Below are positions 1-9,072 of a stretch of 64,000 bases of DNA, in pieces. The first letter of the stretch is position 1. Each line of letters starts with the position of its first letter. This DNA is from Puniceicoccaceae bacterium. Its GTDB lineage: Bacteria; Verrucomicrobiota; Verrucomicrobiia; Opitutales; Oceanipulchritudinaceae. The notes below the pieces were generated by a model, which saw only the letters and a program-made list of their open reading frames with translations, was not told where the DNA came from and ran no database searches. Both the position numbers and the translations under genes were made by a program. The stretch covers positions 9,827 through 73,826 of the forward strand of contig JBFOMH010000032.1 in assembly GCA_040830765.1 (NCBI GenBank), given 5' to 3'.

Positions 1-1
1 C

Positions 2-442
2 AGTTATACTTCCAAGTCACGTCGCCAGCCATTGGTGGGCAACGATCCCATCGGGCCAACCTCGGACGAGCTGGCTGCCGGTGGTGTCAACTTCAACTAC
101 AGGCGGATCAGTGCCCGGGTAAATGCCACCTGGCGCTCGGAACAAGTCAGTGGAGGCCAGCAATTGCGGGTGCTTATCGACCCGACCCAGAAGGCAGGTG
201 ACGACAATTACACCACGGTGGCGGCCTTTACGGAGACGCCGGCCGAGTTGAAGGTGGATGTCAATTTGAGCTACCGCATCGGGGACCGTTATTCAATCGA
301 CCTGACGGCCAAGAACATCACCAACACCAAGACCGAACGCTTCTTCAAGTCAGTGGATGACACTTATCCCATCTATGCCCAGTTGCAGGAGCAGCGCCAG
401 TTTGGTGTCACCTACACGATTGGGTTCAGCGGGCAGTTCTAA
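2..442 (+). CDS. TonB-dependent outer-membrane receptor, C-terminal fragment (5' end outside window)
   Basis: Frame is open from base 2. Alternating beta-strand segments (VDVNLSYRI, SIDLTAKNITN) and terminal GVTYTIGFSGQF ending in Phe, typical of TBDR barrels. Confidence 0.85.
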   Translation, partial: SYTSKSRRQPLVGNDPIGPTSDELAAGGVNFNYRRISARVNATWRSEQVSGGQQLRVLIDPTQKAGDDNYTTVAAFTETPAELKVDVNLSYRIGDRYSIDLTAKNITNTKTERFFKSVDDTYPIYAQLQEQRQFGVTYTIGFSGQF

Positions 443-527
443 TCCAACCTTCAAGATTGTCATGCCAGATACCGGAAGCAATCCATCCGGCATCCAAATT
501 CATGGCTAGTGACTCTTTTCTCCCATC

Positions 528-1202
528 ATGTTGAAATTCAAAATACAACTCCTCTCGGCAATCTGTCTGGCCGCCCTTCTGCCGGCTAATGGATATGGCC
601 TCGATGCAGCAAGCGTCGATGAGTACAAGTCCGTAGCCACTGGACGGGCCGAAAAGATCGTGACCGGTATGCAGTTGGCTGATCCCGCAATCGCCCGGAA
701 ACTAGTGGAGGTGATAGCCGGCCAGTATTGTGACCTGTTCGCCATTCACGAAATCCGGGATGCTGCCCTGAAGCAGTTAACCGAGTACGATCATGGATTC
801 GAATCGCTCAACCGCCTGGCCCGTGAGGGAATTGAGGCGGGTGCACGGGAAGCCGTCGACAATGCGCATCGGCAGTTTGTGGCACGGGTAGAATCCCTTG
901 TCGGAAGCGATGGCCTTGAGGCGGTCAAGAATGGGATGACCTATCATGTGGCCCCAAACACGTATGGCGTCTACATGCAGATGCTCCCGGACCTCGACGA
1001 CGAAGGGAAGGCCCTGATCAAGGCCTGGCTGTGGGAAGCCCGCGAGTACGCCATGGATGCGGGCTCCTCGGATGAAAAACACAAGTGGTTCGGCAAGTAC
1101 AAGGGACGAATAAATAATTACCTTTCCTCCCGCGGGGTCGACTTGAAGGAAGCAGAGCGGGCAATGTGGGCCCGTTTGAAAGAGGAGAAGACCTCCCCGT
1201 AG
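528..1202 (+). CDS. DUF3826-like secreted protein
   Basis: Sec signal peptide. C-terminal AREYAMDAGSSDEKHKWFGKYKGRINNYLS matches the DUF3826 motif I recall from Bacteroidota RG-II loci. Confidence 0.8.
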   Translation: MLKFKIQLLSAICLAALLPANGYGLDAASVDEYKSVATGRAEKIVTGMQLADPAIARKLVEVIAGQYCDLFAIHEIRDAALKQLTEYDHGFESLNRLAREGIEAGAREAVDNAHRQFVARVESLVGSDGLEAVKNGMTYHVAPNTYGVYMQMLPDLDDEGKALIKAWLWEAREYAMDAGSSDEKHKWFGKYKGRINNYLSSRGVDLKEAERAMWARLKEEKTSP

Positions 1203-1211
1203 GACAGACCG

Positions 1212-3449
1212 ATGCCGATCTATCGAAACAAAACCAGGTTTCCCATCCTCCTTGCCGCCGGACTCCTGCCGGGGTTGCTTGTGGCGTTGCCGGTGCGGAT
1301 CGACCTCGGGATGGATACCGGGCGCAGTGATACCGCCCGTGATGGCTGGCTTGAGTGGCAGGTGCCCAACGGGACAGGGGCGGAAAGACAGTTTGGGGAA
1401 TTGACTCTGGAGCTGCGTTCTCGCGACGGCTTTACGGGAACGTGGTTCAAGAAGGGCCTGGCCTTTGATGCTGCCATGGCCACCGATGGAATCGCCTCAT
1501 CGGGCGCTGGCGGAAATTCAATCGAGGTCCGGATTAGTGGACTCAAGGAGGGGAGCCACTCAATAGTTACCTACCACAACTTTGTTGATGATTCCTCATC
1601 CGGGAATGTGGATATCGAAATCGGGGATCAGGCAATGCGGGTTCAACCGCCACTCAAGGTAAAGAGTGACCTCCAATCTGCCAGCGCTTATTTCGAGTTC
1701 AGTGTTGAGAACGGTCAGCCCGTGGTAGTACGTATCAGCGGGACCGATACAATTATCCTCAACGGCATTGAGATCAATGGCTCCGACCCCATGCGCAAGG
1801 CTTTTGGCCCTTACCCGGCCGACGGGGATTTGCATGCCGATGGCGATGCCGGGCAGGTTCGCCTGCAGTGGAGGAAGGCCGCGGGAACGAAGTCGCACCG
1901 GATCTATTACGCGACAGGAAATGACCTGGAGGACTTGAGGGAGCAGGTTTTTGCAGCTGATCCGAGTTCTTCCTTGGTCCGCGGAACCTTTCCCCATGAA
2001 ACCTTTGTCCAGAATGTGGAGACCGGCAACAGCCTGGCCTGGCATGCCTGGCGGGTTGACGCCATTGACACGGAGGGTGTTGTCACCAGGGGAGATGTCT
2101 GGACATTCCGGACCCGACAACTGGCGTTCCCCGGGGCTGAAGGCTATGGGCGATTCGCCATCGGGGGCAGGGGCGGCCGGGTTATCAAGGTGACCAACCT
2201 GAACGACAGCGGACCGGGTAGCCTGCGGGCGGCTGTCGAGGCAGAGGGACCACGGACGGTGGTCTTTGACGTCTCCGGAAGAATCGTCCTGGAGGAAAAA
2301 CTGGTTGTCCGGAATCCCTACCTTACCATAGCCGGCCAGACAGCTCCCGGGAAAGGTATCTGCATTTCCAACTACAACCTTGGAATGCTGGGGACCCATG
2401 ATGTCATTATCAGGCATATGCGGGTCAGGCCGGGTGACACCTCAGGTGACACGCTTGATGGCATGGGCATGGCCAGCAGCGACCACTGTATCATCGATCA
2501 CTGCTCGATTAGCTGGACCCATGACGAGGCATTCAGTTCGCGCGGTGCCGGCAACATCACCCTGCAGCGGACCTTGATTTCAGAAGCCTTGAACGAGGCC
2601 GGTCACCGCAAGTATGGCAAAGGGGCCCGGCACGGGTTTGCCGCCAGCATTTCCGGTGATATTGGCACCTTCCATCACAACCTCCTGGCACATTGTGCCG
2701 GACGCAATTGGAGCCTGGCCGGTGGTCTGGACAATGCCTCACGGCATGCGGGGCGCCTCGATATCCGCAACAATGTCGTCTATAACTGGGATTATCGGAC
2801 AACCGATGGAGGAGCCCGACAGGTCAATTTTGTCAACAACTACTACAAGCCCGGGCCGGCTAGCCGGGTCTTCCATGTCCTCAAGCCGGAACGCAAGCTG
2901 GTGGAGGCATTTGGGCCGCAGGACTATTTTGTCATGGGAAATGTCATGGAGGGTCACTACGGACCAGAGGAGCATTGGGTCGGGGTGGCCGAAGAGGGTG
3001 ACGAACCCAAGCAGGCTTACCTTGTTACAACCGCTTTTTTCCCATCTTTCGTGAATACGCAAACGGCCGCAGAGGCCTACGCTGATGTGCTGGATGACGT
3101 CGGGGCCAACGTCCCGGTGCTGGATGAACATGACAGCCGGGTTATTCGGGAAGTCCGGGAGGGCACCGTTACCTACAAGGGAAGCCGCTCTGGCCTTCCC
3201 GGATTGCCGGACTCCCAGGAGGATGTCGGCGGCTGGGAGAATTATCCGGAAGTGCATCGTCCCAAAGGCTGGGACTCCGATAACGATGGTATTCCCGACG
3301 ACTGGGAAACCGCCCGTGGCCTTGATCCGGAAAATGGGTCCGACGGTGCTGGAGATCCGGATGGCGATGGCTTCACTAACCTCGAAGACTATCTGAACTG
3401 GCTGGCTGCCGGAGGCAGTATGGCCGAAACAGGAGAGAAGCAAGCATGA
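1212..3449 (+). CDS. PL1 pectate/RG-II lyase with ~300-aa N-terminal extension
   Basis: AFPGAEGYGRFAIGGRGG, VTNLNDSGPGSLR, TIAGQTAPG, IIDHCSISWTHDE, HHNLLAHCAGRN. C-terminal DSDNDGIPDDWE and DPDGDGFTNLEDYLN Ca-binding-like motifs. Signal peptide. Confidence 0.9.
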   Translation: MPIYRNKTRFPILLAAGLLPGLLVALPVRIDLGMDTGRSDTARDGWLEWQVPNGTGAERQFGELTLELRSRDGFTGTWFKKGLAFDAAMATDGIASSGAGGNSIEVRISGLKEGSHSIVTYHNFVDDSSSGNVDIEIGDQAMRVQPPLKVKSDLQSASAYFEFSVENGQPVVVRISGTDTIILNGIEINGSDPMRKAFGPYPADGDLHADGDAGQVRLQWRKAAGTKSHRIYYATGNDLEDLREQVFAADPSSSLVRGTFPHETFVQNVETGNSLAWHAWRVDAIDTEGVVTRGDVWTFRTRQLAFPGAEGYGRFAIGGRGGRVIKVTNLNDSGPGSLRAAVEAEGPRTVVFDVSGRIVLEEKLVVRNPYLTIAGQTAPGKGICISNYNLGMLGTHDVIIRHMRVRPGDTSGDTLDGMGMASSDHCIIDHCSISWTHDEAFSSRGAGNITLQRTLISEALNEAGHRKYGKGARHGFAASISGDIGTFHHNLLAHCAGRNWSLAGGLDNASRHAGRLDIRNNVVYNWDYRTTDGGARQVNFVNNYYKPGPASRVFHVLKPERKLVEAFGPQDYFVMGNVMEGHYGPEEHWVGVAEEGDEPKQAYLVTTAFFPSFVNTQTAAEAYADVLDDVGANVPVLDEHDSRVIREVREGTVTYKGSRSGLPGLPDSQEDVGGWENYPEVHRPKGWDSDNDGIPDDWETARGLDPENGSDGAGDPDGDGFTNLEDYLNWLAAGGSMAETGEKQA

Positions 3450-4360
3450 CGGAAGCGCGTATCGGACGCAGGACCTTTTGCCTGAGCGGCGCATTGGCGG
3501 CAATCGGGTTGGCTGCCGGACCGTTATCTGGAAAGGCTTCCGCCCCGCGAACTGCACCAAGCCAACGCTACCGGATTGCGGTCTGCGACTGGATGATTTT
3601 GAAGCGCCAGAAACTGGGTGCCTTCAAGCGGACCCATGAGATCGGAGCCGACGGGGTGGAGCTGGATATGGGAGGACTTGGTAATCGGCCGACCTTCGAC
3701 AGCAAGCTGATGGACCCCATTGAGCGGGCAAGGTTCAAGGCAGAAGTTAGGAAGTACAATCTGGAGATTTGTTCCATGGCGATGTCCGGATTCTATGCCC
3801 AATCCTTTGCCGAACGGGAGACGGTTCCCCTCATGGTCAAGGACACCATCAATACGATGGAACTGATGGGCGTGAAGGTGGCGTTTCTTCCCCTTGGCGT
3901 CCAGGGGGATCTTGTGCAGAGGCCCGAGCTAAGGCCGCGCATCGTGGCCCGGCTCAAGGAGGTAGCTCCAATGGCCGAGGCAGCCGGTGTGATCATCGGT
4001 TTGGAGACTGCTTTGGACGCCCGGGGCGAGGTGGCCCTACTTGATGAAGTCGGCTCGCCTGCCATCCGGAGTTATTTCAACTTTGCCAATTCCCTGCAGG
4101 CGGGTCGCGATCTTCACAAGGAGCTGCGCATCCTTGGCCGGGACCGTATTTGCCAGATTCACTGCACCGATGAAGACGGCGTCTGGCTGCAAGACAACAA
4201 GCGCCTCGATATGCACCGGGTCAAGGACACCCTTGATGATCTCGGCTGGTCGGGCTGGCTGGTCATCGAGCGCTCGCGTGATGCCAACAATCCCCGCGAT
4301 GTTGTCGGTAACTTCGGGGCTAATACCCGATACCTTAAGTCTATTTTTCAATCCTCCTGA
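3446..4360 (+). CDS. Xylose-isomerase-like TIM-barrel (sugar phosphate isomerase/epimerase family) protein with Tat signal
   Basis: GRRTFCLSG twin-arginine signal, DGVEL, GLET, QIHCTD, WLVIER. ATGA overlap with the upstream gene. Confidence 0.85.
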   Translation: MTEARIGRRTFCLSGALAAIGLAAGPLSGKASAPRTAPSQRYRIAVCDWMILKRQKLGAFKRTHEIGADGVELDMGGLGNRPTFDSKLMDPIERARFKAEVRKYNLEICSMAMSGFYAQSFAERETVPLMVKDTINTMELMGVKVAFLPLGVQGDLVQRPELRPRIVARLKEVAPMAEAAGVIIGLETALDARGEVALLDEVGSPAIRSYFNFANSLQAGRDLHKELRILGRDRICQIHCTDEDGVWLQDNKRLDMHRVKDTLDDLGWSGWLVIERSRDANNPRDVVGNFGANTRYLKSIFQSS

Positions 4361-4412
4361 ACACTTCTAGCCTCTTGTTCATCTCACTTTATATAAGACA
4401 AGCCATTCCATC

Positions 4413-5957
4413 ATGAAGAAATTGCTTCCAGTGCTCGTCCTTTTCCTGGCCGCTGCCTCCGTATCTGCGGAGAGTTTTGGGGAGAAGTATGTCAAAGTCA
4501 CCCGGCCCGTTGTTGACGTTAAGCAGGTCTTTACACCAGGTGACCTTCCACAGTCAGACATTCCGGCCTTTCCCGGTGCCGAGGGTGGGGGAAAGTATAG
4601 CTTCGGCGGCCGTGGAGGTGAGGTTTTTGTTGTGACCACACTGGCGGACTCAGGGCCGGGTTCCCTGCGGGAAGCAGTTGAGGCACAGGTTCCTCGCATC
4701 ATCGTCTTCAATGTCGCAGGCATTATTGATCTCGAGTCACCACTGGTTATCGATTCTCCCTATATCACGATTGCCGGCCAGACTGCTCCGGGTGACGGGA
4801 TTTGCATCTCCGGTGAAACTGTCGACATCAGTACGCACGACGTGGTCTTGCGCTATCTACGGGTCCGCCGGGGCCTGATCACCGACCACATGAGCCGGGA
4901 TGATGCCGTTGGCGGCAACCCAGTGGGGAATATCATTATCGACCATTGCAGTTTCAGTTGGGGAATTGATGAGAATGTCTCCCTCTATCGCTATGCCTAC
5001 AATGCCGCGGAGGGCGGCAAACACCTGATTGGCCCGACCCGTAACATTACCATCCAGTGGTCCATTTCCAGCGAATGCCTCGATACGCACAACCATGGCT
5101 TTGGCGGAACCTGGGGTGGACGCAACACGAGCCTGCACCATAATCTCTTTGCCAACAACACCGCCCGCAATCCCAGCGTGGGGATGGGATTCGACTTCAA
5201 TTTCGTCAACAACGTCATCTTCAATTGGCGCCACCGGACCCTTGATGGCGGGGACTACCGTAGCCGGAAGAACATCATCAACAATTACTACAAGCCGGGA
5301 CCGGCGACCCAGGAAGGGATTATCCAGCGCCGTATTGGTCGCATCCAGCCCGGACCGGACCGCGCGGATAACAAATTGGGTCGTCCCCAGCACTGGTACG
5401 TTCATGGCAATATCGTTCATGGTGATGCCGAGGTCACCGCCGACAACTGGAATGGAGGTGTCCATTATGACGACTGGGGATTCATTCCGGAGGACCGGTT
5501 GCCCTTTATCAAGTCAGACGATCCCTTCCCGATGGCTCCCATAACCATCCATACCGCTGAACGGGCATTGGAACTTGTCCTTCAGCACGGTGGTGCCTCC
5601 CTGCCTCGTCGTGACCCTGTCGATACACGCATCATGGAGGAAGTCCGCACCGGTGAGGTGACTTACCGGAAGGGCAACGGGATCATTTCTGACATTCGGC
5701 AGGTAGGTGGATTTCCCGAATACAAGGGAACGCCCTACAAGGACCGCGACGGTGATGGAATGCCTGACTGGTGGGAAGAGCGCTTCAGCCTTGATCCGGA
5801 AAGCGCCGAGGATGCCCGGTTTGACATGAGTGGCGACGGCTACAGCAACATTGAGTGTTTCCTCAGCGGGCTGGACCCATGGCAATATATCGACTGGCGC
5901 GATCCGACCCGTAACTTCAATACGCTCCTTCTGCCCAACAACAGCCTTGTCCGTTAA
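4413..5957 (+). CDS. PL1 pectate lyase
   Basis: PAFPGAEGGG, GGRGG, IAGQTAPGDG, DHCSFSWGIDE, HHNLFANNTARNP, C-terminal DRDGDGMPDWWE. Signal peptide. Confidence 0.9.
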   Translation: MKKLLPVLVLFLAAASVSAESFGEKYVKVTRPVVDVKQVFTPGDLPQSDIPAFPGAEGGGKYSFGGRGGEVFVVTTLADSGPGSLREAVEAQVPRIIVFNVAGIIDLESPLVIDSPYITIAGQTAPGDGICISGETVDISTHDVVLRYLRVRRGLITDHMSRDDAVGGNPVGNIIIDHCSFSWGIDENVSLYRYAYNAAEGGKHLIGPTRNITIQWSISSECLDTHNHGFGGTWGGRNTSLHHNLFANNTARNPSVGMGFDFNFVNNVIFNWRHRTLDGGDYRSRKNIINNYYKPGPATQEGIIQRRIGRIQPGPDRADNKLGRPQHWYVHGNIVHGDAEVTADNWNGGVHYDDWGFIPEDRLPFIKSDDPFPMAPITIHTAERALELVLQHGGASLPRRDPVDTRIMEEVRTGEVTYRKGNGIISDIRQVGGFPEYKGTPYKDRDGDGMPDWWEERFSLDPESAEDARFDMSGDGYSNIECFLSGLDPWQYIDWRDPTRNFNTLLLPNNSLVR

Positions 5958-5993
5958 TTCATTCCCAGCCCGAACTTCTTGAGGACTCGATTA

Positions 5994-6977
5994 ATGAACC
6001 ATTCATTTGAGAAACGCATTTTAACCGGCATCAGCCTGCTGGCAGCTCTCCTGCCTGTCTCGCTTGGCGCTGAAATCTCCAGCGATGAGGCCTTCGCAAT
6101 TCCGGCCCGTCTCACCGTTCCCCGGGCCTGGACCCTCGAGCGGATCGTCATTGATGGTGACCTTCGCGACCGGGCCTGGGAGCAGGGAACCATGACCTAC
6201 GGATTCGTCAATGCGACCGGCGATAGCGCTCCGACGGAACCCACCCGGGCCCGCATCATTCATGACTACGACGCGCTCTACATTGCCTTCACAGTTGAAG
6301 AGGCGGATATGGACAGCCGGGTCTCCTCAATGGATGACAAGGTAGGACTAACCGGCGATTCCGTTGGGTTCGTACTGGAATACGAAAGCAATGGGACACT
6401 TTTTGTGACCCGGATCTCTGTCGACCATGAAGGTAATTTCATGCAGGAAGGTGGCCAACCCAGTGTCTGGGGCGGGCCGGGAGGAATTGAATCCGCCGTG
6501 GCCGAACGGCAGGGTGCCTGGGATGTGGAAATTGCAATTCCCTGGGCGCAGTTATCCACCGCATTTCCAAGCCCCGGGGACATTTGGCGGGTAAATTTTT
6601 ACAGGAACAGCACCTCCAACAAGGAAGGGAAACCGGAAAAGAGCTCCTGGTTGCCGGCGGGACAAAAGGGAGAGCTGCGTTTTGGCCGGGATTGCCTGGT
6701 CTATCTCTATTCAAAGCGGCCTTTCTACAGCTCTGACGAAATCATGGTCTACAACTACGCCGACCGCCTACATCGTCTGGTAGGAACCTATGTCAATGAC
6801 CAGGGTGAGGAAGTGCAGTCGGTTACTGTTCACTTGGGACCGGGTCACCGCCGTCAGCATTACAGGATGGAGGGACTCAAGCACGGCATGTATTATGTCA
6901 TCGTGCGGGACCGCGAGGCAGCACCGGGAACGGATGACGTGGTCATGGTTGTTCCCCGGCCCCAGTTCGGTAAATGA
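5994..6977 (+). CDS. Secreted protein with CBM9-like (DOMON-like) sugar-binding domain
   Basis: IVIDGDLRDRAW, YDALYIAF, WDVEIAIPW, WRVNFYR. ATG at 5994 preceded by GAGGA. Signal peptide. Confidence 0.7.
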   Translation: MNHSFEKRILTGISLLAALLPVSLGAEISSDEAFAIPARLTVPRAWTLERIVIDGDLRDRAWEQGTMTYGFVNATGDSAPTEPTRARIIHDYDALYIAFTVEEADMDSRVSSMDDKVGLTGDSVGFVLEYESNGTLFVTRISVDHEGNFMQEGGQPSVWGGPGGIESAVAERQGAWDVEIAIPWAQLSTAFPSPGDIWRVNFYRNSTSNKEGKPEKSSWLPAGQKGELRFGRDCLVYLYSKRPFYSSDEIMVYNYADRLHRLVGTYVNDQGEEVQSVTVHLGPGHRRQHYRMEGLKHGMYYVIVRDREAAPGTDDVVMVVPRPQFGK

Positions 6978-6992
6978 GGTAATCCTTGCGGG

Positions 6993-7021
6993 TTGAAATT
7001 CCGCGCCAGGAAGCTTATCTT
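6993..7021 (+). promoter_or_regulatory. Putative sigma70 promoter for the DUF3016 gene (probably leaderless)
   Basis: TTGAAA (6993-6998), 17-nt spacer, TATCTT (7016-7021), ATG at 7028. Confidence 0.45.
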
Positions 7022-7027
7022 GATTGC

Positions 7028-7537
7028 ATGAGGATAAAGGTTTGCAGTCTCCTGATTCTCAGCTTCTTCCTCCCGTCATTTGCTCGTGGCGGTGACCTGA
7101 CCGTCACCTTTGATCCGGTTGAGGACTTCACGGACTTCAGCCTGCACGAGCCCGAATCGGCAGAGGATGCGCGCATCATATTTGAGAAGGAGCTACAGGC
7201 CTACTGGGAACGACGTCTCGCTGAGCTGCTCCCGGAAGGCTCCTCATTGGAGTTCCATTTCACGGACATCGACATGGCCGGTGACCGCAACATGGCACGC
7301 GATGCCACCGGACGGCAGATCCGGCTCTACGATGACCGCTTCCTGCCTCGTCTTTTCTTCGCTTACACCATCAAAGACGCAGCAGGCGAAATCATCCAGT
7401 CAGGCGAGACCCTGGCCATGGACAAGCGCTACCAGTTCGGCGGCTCCGGACGCATTGCCCACGAGGAGTTTGCCTTTGCCTTCGAACTGGAGGCCCTGCG
7501 CAAATGGCTGCGCGGTCTGAATCTGGCGAAAGAGTAA
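7028..7537 (+). CDS. DUF3016 family secreted protein
   Basis: FDPVEDFTDF, LEFHFTDIDMAGD, PRLFFAYT. Signal peptide begins at ATG 7028. Confidence 0.8.
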   Translation: MRIKVCSLLILSFFLPSFARGGDLTVTFDPVEDFTDFSLHEPESAEDARIIFEKELQAYWERRLAELLPEGSSLEFHFTDIDMAGDRNMARDATGRQIRLYDDRFLPRLFFAYTIKDAAGEIIQSGETLAMDKRYQFGGSGRIAHEEFAFAFELEALRKWLRGLNLAKE

Positions 7538-7550
7538 TTGAGCATACCCT

Positions 7551-7610
7551 CCAACCTCAATTATCCTTCTCGAACCTCACCTATCCTTCCTGAATCCTAC
7601 CTATTCGTCT
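7551..7610. repeat. Degenerate 20-bp tandem repeat, three copies
   Basis: ccaacctcaattatccttct / cgaacctcacctatccttcc / tgaatcctacctattcgtct. Neighbouring units match 16/20 and 13/20. Confidence 0.4.
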
Positions 7611-7651
7611 CGAAGAGACGATATAAACTAGCCCGGGGATTCATCCCCGGG
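7605..7651. repeat. Twin hairpins (REP-like element or terminator between convergent genes)
   Basis: TCGTCTC-GAA-GAGACGA (7605-7621) and CCCGGGGA-TTCA-TCCCCGGG (7632-7651). No U-tract. Confidence 0.55.
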
Positions 7652-7671
7652 TCTGGGAGGGCGAACGGTAA

Positions 7672-9057
7672 TCAATCCCCATCCACCCAGAGGATATTCC
7701 GGGTCATGTTCTTCGAAGCCGGTTTTTCCCCTGAGGGGGTAATGATCTTAACATTCTTGAGAAGAATATTTTCGGCGTTGGAAATCACCCCGGGAGCCGC
7801 CGCCTCAATGGTCACGTTTTCGAAAAAGATGTTGCGCACCGGAGCATCCTCCAGTCCGTAAATTTCCAGACCTTCGTCGGGGCAGGCTTCCACCTTCAGG
7901 TTGCGGATGGTGATGTTGCGGAAGAAGGGCAGGCCGTCCTCCGGGGGCACCGGTTCGGCCAGCTTGTGCCAGTGGTCCGGGTACTCCTTTCCTTCCTCAA
8001 GCACTTCCCCATAGCTGTAGGCGGGGAACCAATTGGACTCAAACTTGACCGGGTTCTTTACGTTGACCATCTCATTGTCGAAAATATCGATGGCTTCGAC
8101 GACGCCACCGCGCGTACGGGCTGACTTGAAGCGGATTCCGAAGATCGTTCCGATGGCCTTGTTGTTGTAGACCTTGACATTGCGGATGCTGCCGGAGGTT
8201 TCGCTGCCACAGGTGAACATGCCCATTCCCCGCCGAGCGATGTTATTGCGGATGATGATATTTTCCGTCGGCAGGTTGACCGCGATACCATCCGAGTCGC
8301 GACCCGACTTGAGGGTTATATTGTCGTCATTGCAGTCGATGTCACAGTTCTGGACGATGACATTCCTTGAGGAGTCCATGTTGACCCCGTCCGTGCTGGG
8401 CCCGAATCCTTCCTTCTCCGGGACACCGTCGATATTGTTGCGTATCGTCAGCCCATCAACGAGGACGTTCTGGGAGTAGACGATGTGACACGTCCAGAAG
8501 GCGGACAACTTCAGGTGCAGGTCGCGGATTTCCACATTTTCGCAGTTGTAGATCTGGATCAGCAGCGGACGTCCGACATCGTAGTCAACAACCCAGCGCA
8601 ACCCCTTGGCGGAGTATTCCTCCTGCATCTCCCAATACCATGGCCAGAAGTATTCATTGCCCCGGCCATTGATGGTGCCCGTTCCGGAAAGCTTCACGTT
8701 GTGCCGGCCGCGCGCATTGATGAGGGCGGCTGGCCACTCCATTTCAATCCCTGCCACACGTGTCCAAAGCTTCGGGTAGTCCTCGGGGTCGATGGAACCG
8801 ACCAGCTCCGCTCCCTCGGCGACATGAAACTCGACGTTGCTTTTCAGGAAGAGGGGGGAAACAAGGTACTTGCCCGGGCCGACTACCACCCGTCCGCCAC
8901 CGTCCCGTGCGCAGACATCGATGGCACGCTGGATGTGCTCAGTCGTCAGGGTGGAACCGTCGGAGATGGCCCCGAAGTCAGAGACAGGGTAGTCCCGGGC
9001 GTTGAGGCCTGTGCAGCAAGTCATTAGGAGGATAGTAATAAATTGAAGGGATTTCAT
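7672..9057 (-). CDS. GH28 alpha-galacturonidase (BT1018-like)
   Basis: STDGVNMDSS, NDDNITLKSG, CGSETSG, GIRFKS. TRVAGIEMEWP and GLRWVVDYD resemble the RG-II GH28 as recalled. Signal peptide. Confidence 0.9.
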   Translation of the reverse strand: MKSLQFITILLMTCCTGLNARDYPVSDFGAISDGSTLTTEHIQRAIDVCARDGGGRVVVGPGKYLVSPLFLKSNVEFHVAEGAELVGSIDPEDYPKLWTRVAGIEMEWPAALINARGRHNVKLSGTGTINGRGNEYFWPWYWEMQEEYSAKGLRWVVDYDVGRPLLIQIYNCENVEIRDLHLKLSAFWTCHIVYSQNVLVDGLTIRNNIDGVPEKEGFGPSTDGVNMDSSRNVIVQNCDIDCNDDNITLKSGRDSDGIAVNLPTENIIIRNNIARRGMGMFTCGSETSGSIRNVKVYNNKAIGTIFGIRFKSARTRGGVVEAIDIFDNEMVNVKNPVKFESNWFPAYSYGEVLEEGKEYPDHWHKLAEPVPPEDGLPFFRNITIRNLKVEACPDEGLEIYGLEDAPVRNIFFENVTIEAAAPGVISNAENILLKNVKIITPSGEKPASKNMTRNILWVDGD

Positions 9058-9072
9058 GACACGTAATCGAGT

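Noticed and set aside
468..494. Imperfect hairpin GATACCGGA...TCCGGCATC after the TBDR stop
   Set aside because: One mismatch, a 9-nt loop and no U-tract. Too weak to call a terminator.
7551..7610. CRISPR array
   Set aside because: Units are contiguous and degenerate, without spacers, and there are no cas genes.
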